The translations under genes were made by a program, and so were the position numbers. Of a stretch of DNA of 23,326 nucleotides, positions 16,236 through 23,326 are shown piece by piece; the stretch's first letter is position 1; each line of letters opens with the position of its first letter. The notes under the pieces were generated by a model, which saw nothing but the letters and a program-made list of their open reading frames with translations, had not been told where the DNA came from and did no database searches. Source of the DNA: a bacterium (GTDB lineage: Bacteria > Zhuqueibacterota > Zhuqueibacteria > Oceanimicrobiales > Oceanimicrobiaceae); contig JBHHXN010000078.1 of the NCBI GenBank assembly GCA_046757025.1, positions 1 through 23,326 on the forward strand, read 5' to 3'.

Positions 16236-17441
16236 ATGTTAGAGAAAATGACTGTTCATAAAAAAGTCTGTTTTTGGATTCTTTTGATCACTTTAACTGC
16301 ATTAATGTGCATGGTTAGTGCCGAGGTATTACTCAGGATTTTTTCTATATCCACAACCTATTATGGATACTCTCCCTCATACCCGTATGTTTATGATCCC
16401 TTTGTTGCCAAGCGACATCGACCCAATTCACAATTTAATTTTCGCACAAAAGAATTTGAAATTCAATTTGTGACTAATAGCGAAGGATTTCGAGCCAGCA
16501 ACGATTTTCTAACCGGTGATGATCGTAATCGGGTCATTGCGATTATTGGTGACTCGTTTGTACAGGCCATTCAGGTCGATGAAAGCGCTACTTTTGTTAA
16601 ACTGCTTGAAACGCAAATGAGGGATTTGGGCATAAATCAAGTTCAAAATTATGGCGTTGCCGGACTGGGGATTGTGCATTATTTGCAAATGTACAAATTT
16701 CACGTTAGAAAACATAACCCTGAGATTGTCTTCATTTTCATTCTAGATGCTAACGACATTACAAATTCGTCTCCATTGCTTGAACCGCCGCTTTTGCGAC
16801 CGAGCTATATCTATGATGGCAAAGGAGAAATTTTGGACGTAGATTTATTTGCAGATAATCCCATTTATTGGTCGCCTGAAGATGAGACGACTCACAAACC
16901 TTTTATGTTCACTTTGCGATATTTTTTAGGAAGCCACTCCGCGTTGTACCGGTTTGCTTCTTTTTTAAAGGTAACTTCTCGAATGCAGGAGAAGATCATT
17001 AATCCATTTCCAGTAGAAGCCTACGTTTATGAAGAACCCTGGAGTGACGAATTTGAGCAAGCCTGGAAACACGCTACATGGGCGCTTGAAAATCTGGTAC
17101 AAGAGATTAAAAAAGATTCGGCCTCACCCTGGGTCGTTCTGATTCCTGCGATGTGGACGACATCCGACAAGTATTGGCAATTATTTCAGGAAAGATACCC
17201 TGGTACGGGCTACCTGGACAAGAATAAAGTAAGAAATAAACTACATGAATTTACTGCTAAAAAAGAAGTTGACTTTATTGACCTTACTCATAGGTTTTTA
17301 TTATCTTACAGTATCGGGGAGCAGCCGCATTTCCCTGTCAACGGTCATCTGACAGCTCTCGGCCATAAGTTGGTTGCGGAGGAAATCTATGATAGGTTGA
17401 TCCGCGATGTTTGGGTAAATAATAAATATTTATTGAATTAA
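16236..17441 (+). CDS. Membrane-anchored SGNH/GDSL-fold protein (acyl esterase or transferase, AlgJ/AlgX-like)
   Basis: N-terminal hydrophobic helix ending AEVLLRIF, TNSEGFR, block I IGDSF, block II NYGVAG, block III ND and block V NGHLTALGH. Start uncertain. Confidence 0.8.
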   Translation: MLEKMTVHKKVCFWILLITLTALMCMVSAEVLLRIFSISTTYYGYSPSYPYVYDPFVAKRHRPNSQFNFRTKEFEIQFVTNSEGFRASNDFLTGDDRNRVIAIIGDSFVQAIQVDESATFVKLLETQMRDLGINQVQNYGVAGLGIVHYLQMYKFHVRKHNPEIVFIFILDANDITNSSPLLEPPLLRPSYIYDGKGEILDVDLFADNPIYWSPEDETTHKPFMFTLRYFLGSHSALYRFASFLKVTSRMQEKIINPFPVEAYVYEEPWSDEFEQAWKHATWALENLVQEIKKDSASPWVVLIPAMWTTSDKYWQLFQERYPGTGYLDKNKVRNKLHEFTAKKEVDFIDLTHRFLLSYSIGEQPHFPVNGHLTALGHKLVAEEIYDRLIRDVWVNNKYLLN

Positions 17442-17498
17442 TTATTTTTGAAAATGAGAAATGAATAACAATAATAACAAAAGTGACGGGAATTCTGA

Positions 17499-18473
17499 AT
17501 GAAAACGCCCATTGCCATGATCATTTTCAATCGAGCTAAAAGCACGGAAATGGTGTTTAAGCAGGTTGCCAGGGTGCGGCCCCAAAAATTGTTTGTCATT
17601 GCGGATGGCCCGCGACCAGGACACCCTGAAGATGAGGGCAATTGTGCGGCTGCCCGCGCCGTCATCGAACGCGTGGACTGGGAGTGCCAGGTGATAAAAA
17701 ATTACTCGGATGTCAACCTCGGTGTGGGTGTGAGACCGGCGTCGGGCCTCTCCTGGCTGTTTGAACAAGTGGATCGCGCAATTATTTTTGAGGACGACTG
17801 TGTGCCGCATCTTTCGTTCTTTCCATTCTGTGAGGAGCTGCTTGAAAGATATCGCGACGACCCACGCGTCATGCACATTTCCGGCTGGTGCCCGTTTGAA
17901 GCGTATTTTGGAACAAAGATGCCATACAGCTACTATTTTTCCCGGGCGTTGAGCGGACACGGCTGGGCCACCTGGGCGCGCGCCTGGCGTCATTTTGATT
18001 TTGATATCAAAACCTGGCCGGCGCTCAAAAACACCGGCTGGCTGCGGGAGGTAATTGGGTATCCCAAAATGGTGAATTTTATGAGCCGGCTATTCGAGCA
18101 CCACTTTCTCGATACTGGCAACCAGATTGGTTGGGACCACCAGTGGAGCTTTTCTGTGTGGGCTCAAAATGGACTGGGAATTCGACCCGGCGTCAATCTC
18201 ATTCACTATCACGGATTTGACGAAGACGCCACCCATCGGTTCTGGTGCAAAAAACAGGAGTATTTTGATCAGCCGGCTTCGGCCATGGCGTTTCCGCTAT
18301 CACATCCCCGGCAAGTTGTTCGAGAACAAAATATGGATTATTTTTTATATAAAACATTCTTTTCGGCTCGCCCCCGAGACAAGCGATTTAAGCGTTTATA
18401 TGGCCGCACACGCGCTCGAATTTCAGCCGTCTTGCCAGAGCCGGCAAAAGATTTAATAAGAAAGTGGAGGTGA
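17499..18473 (+). CDS. GT-A fold glycosyltransferase (GT2-like)
   Basis: IIFNR, LFVIADGPR, NLG, IIFEDDCVP, WATWARAW and WDHQW. Confidence 0.85.
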   Translation: MKTPIAMIIFNRAKSTEMVFKQVARVRPQKLFVIADGPRPGHPEDEGNCAAARAVIERVDWECQVIKNYSDVNLGVGVRPASGLSWLFEQVDRAIIFEDDCVPHLSFFPFCEELLERYRDDPRVMHISGWCPFEAYFGTKMPYSYYFSRALSGHGWATWARAWRHFDFDIKTWPALKNTGWLREVIGYPKMVNFMSRLFEHHFLDTGNQIGWDHQWSFSVWAQNGLGIRPGVNLIHYHGFDEDATHRFWCKKQEYFDQPASAMAFPLSHPRQVVREQNMDYFLYKTFFSARPRDKRFKRLYGRTRARISAVLPEPAKDLIRKWR

Positions 18474-18476
18474 AAA

Positions 18477-19199
18477 GTGCAAAGAATTATAAGGATGCTG
18501 ACCTCTTTGTGGATTCGATTCTGGATGAAGTTCGCAGGATTGAATTCGTTTGGCCGAATCGCCACTCGTATGGTCTCCTGGTTTGCAGCGCCCTACTACG
18601 AACGTACTCAACTGGCGCGTTTAAATGAGAAAGGGTTCGTTGCGCCCAGCGCCACTTTGCATCATAGAAAATTGAGGCTCGGTAAAAATGTTTTGATCAA
18701 CGACCGCGTGCTGATTTATGAAGATAATAAGGGAGGGACGGTTGAAATTGGCGATGGCGTGCACCTGCACAACGACATCACCATTCAAACCGGACAGGGG
18801 GGAAGCGTGATCATCGCAGCGAATACGCATATTCAGCCACGCTGTCAATTTTCTGCGTACAAGGCGTCCATTCAAATAGGAAAGCGTTGTGAAATTGCCC
18901 CAAATTGCGCATTTTATCCTTATGATCACGGCATGCTCCCGGATGAAATTATCCGCAAGCAACCGCTCACAACCAAAGGCGGGATCGTGGTGGAAGACGA
19001 CGTCTGGATCGGATTTGGCGTTATCGTTCTGGATGGAGTTCGCATCGGTAAGGGCGCGGTAGTTGGCGCAGGCGCAGTGGTTACTCGGGATATCCCCACT
19101 GGCGGCATCGCCTTCGGTGTACCAGCACGGCTGATCAAAAATCGCCAGGATTTGGCAAATGGGGAACACCTTCGAACCAAAGTGCTGTATTCCATTTAA
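18477..19199 (+). CDS. Hexapeptide-repeat (left-handed beta helix) O-acyltransferase
   Basis: Repeating [LIV]G.. hexads, YDHG, IVVEDDVWIG..VIVLDGVRIGKGAVVGAGAVVTRD and GVPAR. GTG start. Confidence 0.92.
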   Translation: MQRIIRMLTSLWIRFWMKFAGLNSFGRIATRMVSWFAAPYYERTQLARLNEKGFVAPSATLHHRKLRLGKNVLINDRVLIYEDNKGGTVEIGDGVHLHNDITIQTGQGGSVIIAANTHIQPRCQFSAYKASIQIGKRCEIAPNCAFYPYDHGMLPDEIIRKQPLTTKGGIVVEDDVWIGFGVIVLDGVRIGKGAVVGAGAVVTRDIPTGGIAFGVPARLIKNRQDLANGEHLRTKVLYSI

Positions 19200-19230
19200 G
19201 AAATCAAACGGTGCTAATTTAAAATTGTGG

Positions 19231-19353
19231 GTAACTATTCAGCCTGTCATTCTGGAAGAATCTTTTTTGAGTTTAGACTCTATTGGCTGATCAAGAGAGT
19301 GTTAAAGAACCAACAAGATCCTTCCAGGATGACAAAACAGGGTGAATAGTTAC
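19231..19353. mobile_element. 123-bp MITE, family B, with nested GTCA palindrome
   Basis: TIR GTAACTATTCAGCCTGT (19231-19247)/ACAGGGTGAATAGTTAC (19337-19353), 16/17 match. Flanks AATTGTGG (19223-19230) and AATTTTGG (19354-19361). Inner IR 19245-19264/19315-19334, 18/20 match. Confidence 0.9.
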
Positions 19354-19385
19354 AATTTTGGTATTTAATAACTTTTGTTCAAAAA

Positions 19386-20342
19386 ATGACATCACATTCA
19401 CAACCCCTGGTGAGCGTGGTCACACCGGTTTACAATGGAGAAAAATATATCGCAGTGTGCATCGAAAGTGTGCTCAAGCAATCTTATGTAAATTGGGAAT
19501 ATATCATTGTAAACAATTGCAGCACCGACCAAACACAGGATATCGTTCGAAAATATGTTGAACAGGATGCACGTATTCGGATTCACAACAACGATCGATT
19601 TTTGGACATCATGCAAAATTGGAATCATGCGGTACATCAAATCTCGCCCAACAGTAAATATTGTAAAATCCTGCTGGCAGATGACGTATTATTTCCCAAC
19701 TGCATCGAGCAATTGGTCGCCGTCGCCGAACGAAATCCTTCGGTGGGCATGGTGGGTTCGTATGTTTTGACCGGCGACCAGGTGGCCTGCGATGGCTTGC
19801 CGTTTCCAGATGAAATCATTCCGGGTAAAGAAGTGTGCCGACGAAATTTGTTGCAAAAGCCGTACGTATTTTTGTCGCAATCTTCTTTGCTGATTCGTGC
19901 TGATATCATCTCTGCTCAAAATGATTATTATCCAGAGCCCAATATTCAAGGGGATGTGGAATCTTGCTACCGCGTTTTGCAAAAGTCGGATTTTGGATTT
20001 GTGCACCAGGTTTTAGCGTACATTCGTGTGCATGACGATTCGGTCACATCGAAAATGGCCCTGCCCATGCGGACTTACCTGCTGGCTAATCTGGATTTGA
20101 TGTTGCGATACGGCCCGATTTTTCTTGATAAAAGTGAATATGAAAAAGCCCTGAAACATAGAATTGAAGTTTACTATAAGTTTTTAGGTCACAGCCTGCT
20201 TGAAGGGCGTAATAAAAAATTTTGGCGATTTCATAAAAAGGAATTTGGCAAATTAGGGTTTCGCTTAAACTGGATGAAAATATTCACCACGGGTTTTCGT
20301 GAATTCCTTGCCAGAATCTTCAACCGAGTATGGCCGGCATAA
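19386..20342 (+). CDS. GT2 glycosyltransferase
   Basis: PLVSVVTPVYNGEKYI..CIESVL.Q, IIVNNCSTD, NWN, LLADD and FGFVHQVL..R.H. Confidence 0.92.
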   Translation: MTSHSQPLVSVVTPVYNGEKYIAVCIESVLKQSYVNWEYIIVNNCSTDQTQDIVRKYVEQDARIRIHNNDRFLDIMQNWNHAVHQISPNSKYCKILLADDVLFPNCIEQLVAVAERNPSVGMVGSYVLTGDQVACDGLPFPDEIIPGKEVCRRNLLQKPYVFLSQSSLLIRADIISAQNDYYPEPNIQGDVESCYRVLQKSDFGFVHQVLAYIRVHDDSVTSKMALPMRTYLLANLDLMLRYGPIFLDKSEYEKALKHRIEVYYKFLGHSLLEGRNKKFWRFHKKEFGKLGFRLNWMKIFTTGFREFLARIFNRVWPA

Positions 20343-20346
20343 AAAA

Positions 20347-21573
20347 ATGAAAAAAACGCTTATCATTGCCAATCATTATCCGCTACCGGAAAATAACGGT
20401 TCCAATATCCGAACCATGCACTTTGTGCGATATTTCCAAAAGCTCGGACCGGTGGATATTGTGTATTCCCACACGCTGCCCGGCGCTGAAACCGGCAACG
20501 GCGCCTTTGCCAATGAATATTTATTTGAGCTGCAGGACGATTCAAAGGATTTGATCAGTCGAATGAAAAGGTTCGTGGCAACCAAAAATCGGCCGCTGCC
20601 CATATCCAAATACACCGCTGCATCTGAAACAGAATTGTTCAAAATTATCACGGCAAACGATTACGACTACCTACTTGTGCGCTATATTCGAAACACCTTT
20701 AGCCTTTTCAGGTTAAGTGCAAAATATCAAAAGCGCGTCCTAGTGGATTTCGATGACCTATTGTCGGATGCGCTTTACGATGCGCAAATAAAGCAGGTGC
20801 GGCATCCGCTCCGAAAACTGCGCTTGCAAATTAACCGTAAATATTTGAGGGAGTATGAAAAAAGGTGTTTGCATTTTGGAGCGGCTCTTTTTTGTAACGA
20901 AAGCGATCTTCTGAAAGTCTCCGGCGATCAGATGAAAAACGGCGCCGTCGTCGTTCCCAACGTCTATTCCCGTGCTTCTTTTGCCCGTTACAATTTCGGA
21001 GACGGATTTTCAAATCCCAACATTTTATTGTTCGTTGGCCTGCTTTGTTACAAGCCCAATGTAGATGGATTAAATTGGTTTGTCGATTCAATCTTTCCGG
21101 CTTTTCGACAAAAATACTCCGATGGCAAATTATGGATTGTAGGTCGGACGCCAAATGAAGAGGTCAAGGAAATGTGCGCATACCGAAAAGATATCGAACT
21201 TTTCGCGGACGTGCCGGACGTCAAACCATTTTATCGAAAGTGTCGCGCCGTGGTCGTGCCGGTTTTGACGGGCGGCGGTACCCGCATAAAAATACTGGAA
21301 GCGGCGCTGGCAAACCGTCCGATTCTCTCCACGCCGATGGGTGCTAACGGATTGGCTTTAAATCCTGACTCAGAAATTAAATTGTTTTCTGAAGAAAATG
21401 AATTTGTGAAATGCTACCAGCAACTATCAAATACAACCACTTATAGAAATTTGATCAATAACGCTCGTAAAGTCGTCACCGAAAAGTATAGCCAGGACAA
21501 TTTCGAAACGGTCCTTGATGATTTGCAAACTAAACTCGAAGTTCAAAATGAAAGCGTCAAAAGCGATGAATAA
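20347..21573 (+). CDS. GT4 glycosyltransferase
   Basis: YPLPENNGSNIRT, LFVGLLCYKPNVDGL.WF, IVGR and VPVLTGGGTRIKILEA..PILSTPMGANGL. ATG 20347 is 4 nt after the previous stop. Confidence 0.9.
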   Translation: MKKTLIIANHYPLPENNGSNIRTMHFVRYFQKLGPVDIVYSHTLPGAETGNGAFANEYLFELQDDSKDLISRMKRFVATKNRPLPISKYTAASETELFKIITANDYDYLLVRYIRNTFSLFRLSAKYQKRVLVDFDDLLSDALYDAQIKQVRHPLRKLRLQINRKYLREYEKRCLHFGAALFCNESDLLKVSGDQMKNGAVVVPNVYSRASFARYNFGDGFSNPNILLFVGLLCYKPNVDGLNWFVDSIFPAFRQKYSDGKLWIVGRTPNEEVKEMCAYRKDIELFADVPDVKPFYRKCRAVVVPVLTGGGTRIKILEAALANRPILSTPMGANGLALNPDSEIKLFSEENEFVKCYQQLSNTTTYRNLINNARKVVTEKYSQDNFETVLDDLQTKLEVQNESVKSDE

Positions 21574-22372
21574 TGGTTTGCCCAATTTAATCGTAATTGG
21601 TGCAATGAAATGTGGAACAAGCAGTTTACACCAATATTTGAGTTTGCATCCGCAGATTTGCATGTCAAAAATTAAAGAGCCGGCTTTTTTCATTAAAGAA
21701 CGCAACTGGGTGAAAGGAGTAGAATGGTATAAATCGATTTTCGAATATCATGCCCCAATAATGGGAGAATCATCAACCAGTTATACAAAAGATCCAACAT
21801 TTAAAGGGGTTCCTGAAAGAATGTTCAGTATTGTACCTGATGCAAAATTGATATATTTAGTGCGTGACCCCCTCAAAAGGATTGTGTCTCATTACATTCA
21901 CATGGTGGTGCATTATGGTGAAAAAAGAAGCATAGAAGAGGCCATCTGTGAGGATCATATCAATCAATATATTAGTTATTCTAAATATTATAGCCAACTT
22001 GTTAAATTTCTCGAGTACTATTCCCTGGAAAACCTACTGTTAATAAATTTTGATGATTTTGTTGCGAATACCAAAGACACGATGGGTAAGATTTTTAACT
22101 TTTTGAACTTAGATTGTCAATATGATGAAAAAAATTATTCGAAAGTCCATAATCAAACCATCAAGAAAAGAATTCCCAACAAACTTAAATTAAATTTAAA
22201 GAATGTGCGTGGCTTTAATAGAATCGAAAAGATCGTGCCCTGGGCATTTGGCAAGAAAATAGTAAATATTAATATAGATAGGAAACTTAAAAATCAATTG
22301 AGAGAAGCTTTGGATGAAGATATGAAACAGTTGAAAAAATTAACAGGCTTTTCATTTAATGGCTGGGATTAA
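21566..22372 (+). CDS. Sulfotransferase, heparan-sulfate ST-like, paralog 1 (AT-rich)
   Basis: LPNLIVIGAMKCGTSSL, KEPAFF, GESSTSY and KLIYLVRDPLKRIVSHY. ATG 21566 chosen by alignment with paralog 2 and the ATGAATAA overlap. Confidence 0.9.
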   Translation: MNNGLPNLIVIGAMKCGTSSLHQYLSLHPQICMSKIKEPAFFIKERNWVKGVEWYKSIFEYHAPIMGESSTSYTKDPTFKGVPERMFSIVPDAKLIYLVRDPLKRIVSHYIHMVVHYGEKRSIEEAICEDHINQYISYSKYYSQLVKFLEYYSLENLLLINFDDFVANTKDTMGKIFNFLNLDCQYDEKNYSKVHNQTIKKRIPNKLKLNLKNVRGFNRIEKIVPWAFGKKIVNINIDRKLKNQLREALDEDMKQLKKLTGFSFNGWD

Positions 22373-22409
22373 GGGCTAATTTGAGAACATAAACATTATA
22401 AAAATTAAA

Positions 22410-23219
22410 ATGAATCGTACTTTACCAAATTTATTTATAATCGGTGCCATGAAAAGCGGCACTTCCAGCTTGCACAATTATTTAGCGCTTCATCCAGAAA
22501 TTTGTATGTCCACCATCAAGGAACCCGATTTTTTTATGGAAGAAGGAACCTGGCACAAAGGTTTAGAGTGGTACAAATCAATTTTTCCAGGAACAGCAAA
22601 AATCCTTGGGGAATCTTCCACGAGCTATTCTAAATATCCCACTTACCAGGGCGTGCCGGAGAAAATGGCCCAACACGCACCAGATGCCAAGCTGATCTAT
22701 ATTTTACGCGATCCCATCCGGCGCATCGTTTCGCAGTACATGCACATGGTGGTGCACCATGGCGAAAAACGCGCTTTTGAGGAAGCGGTTACCGCCAACG
22801 GTCAAAATGAATATCTTATCAATTCGCGCTATTATCTGCAATTGGAGCGGTATTTAAATTGTTTTTCCCGAGATCAGATGATGGTCGTGGAATTCGAAGA
22901 TTTCAGTAGAAATACCAAAAGCGTTATGCGGCAGATATTTGCTTTTTTAGGGGTGGATGAAAAGTTTGAAAGCGAAGCGTTTTCGGTGAAGCACCACCAA
23001 TCCAGCAAAAAAAGAAAACAGTATTGGCTTAAAAAACAGGTTCAAAACTTACGAGGCAGTTACCGACTCGAGCAGTGGGCACCCTGGCTGTTTGGCGCGA
23101 AAATATCTAAACCTGCCTTGAACGATTCGATCGCAGCCAAACTCAAATCGGCTCTGCAAGAGGATATCGATAAATTACGAACATTCACGGGCCTAACATT
23201 TGAAGCCTGGAGCCTCTAA
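22410..23219 (+). CDS. Sulfotransferase, heparan-sulfate ST-like, paralog 2
   Basis: LPNLFIIGAMKSGTSSL, KEPDFF, GESSTSY and KLIYILRDPIRRIVSQY. Confidence 0.92.
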   Translation: MNRTLPNLFIIGAMKSGTSSLHNYLALHPEICMSTIKEPDFFMEEGTWHKGLEWYKSIFPGTAKILGESSTSYSKYPTYQGVPEKMAQHAPDAKLIYILRDPIRRIVSQYMHMVVHHGEKRAFEEAVTANGQNEYLINSRYYLQLERYLNCFSRDQMMVVEFEDFSRNTKSVMRQIFAFLGVDEKFESEAFSVKHHQSSKKRKQYWLKKQVQNLRGSYRLEQWAPWLFGAKISKPALNDSIAAKLKSALQEDIDKLRTFTGLTFEAWSL

Positions 23220-23258
23220 AAATAGATTTTGAACACGAGGCAAAAGTTATCTAACAAA

Positions 23259-23326
23259 ATGCCAACAACCCAAATCAACATCATCACTCTCTGGCGCATG
23301 ACCGATTGGGGATTTTACGACCGGCG
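23259..23326 (+). CDS. 5' fragment of the next operon gene, possibly a glycosyltransferase
   Basis: Frame open from ATG 23259 to the window end: MPTTQINIITLWRMTDWGFYDR. The beta-strand-then-DW pattern is compatible with GT-B N-termini, but it is too short to call. Confidence 0.4.
   Translation, partial: MPTTQINIITLWRMTDWGFYDR

Noticed and set aside
1..23326. CRISPR array, tRNA/rRNA, transposase, integrase or defence genes
   Set aside because: No regularly spaced repeats, RNA gene signatures or corresponding protein motifs were seen.

Overview
This window holds one + strand, roughly 23-gene surface-polysaccharide operon, open at the 3' end. It starts with a NusG-paralog (UpxY/RfaH-type) antiterminator preceded by a hairpin and ops-like leader. 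Next comes an unusual nucleotide-sugar module: RfbF, a UXS-like decarboxylase, a Ugd-like dehydrogenase, an RmlC-like epimerase, a second nucleotidyltransferase and a SAF-domain oxidoreductase. It continues with a Wzm/Wzt ABC exporter, an FkbM methyltransferase, four glycosyltransferases, two more oxidoreductases, two acyl-modifying enzymes and four sulfotransferase-fold proteins, so the product is probably a sulfated, acylated, ABC-exported glycan. The most striking unannotated signal is intergenic: six miniature inverted-repeat elements (MITEs) or remnants. Five share a ~15-bp terminal repeat (consensus GTGTCYRNCCGAAAA) next to TAAWTA 6-bp targets but carry different interiors. One belongs to a second family (GTAACTATTCA ends, 8-bp target duplication). 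Three of the six carry REP-like GTCA...TGAC palindromes. All calls come from motif recognition by eye; no searches were run.
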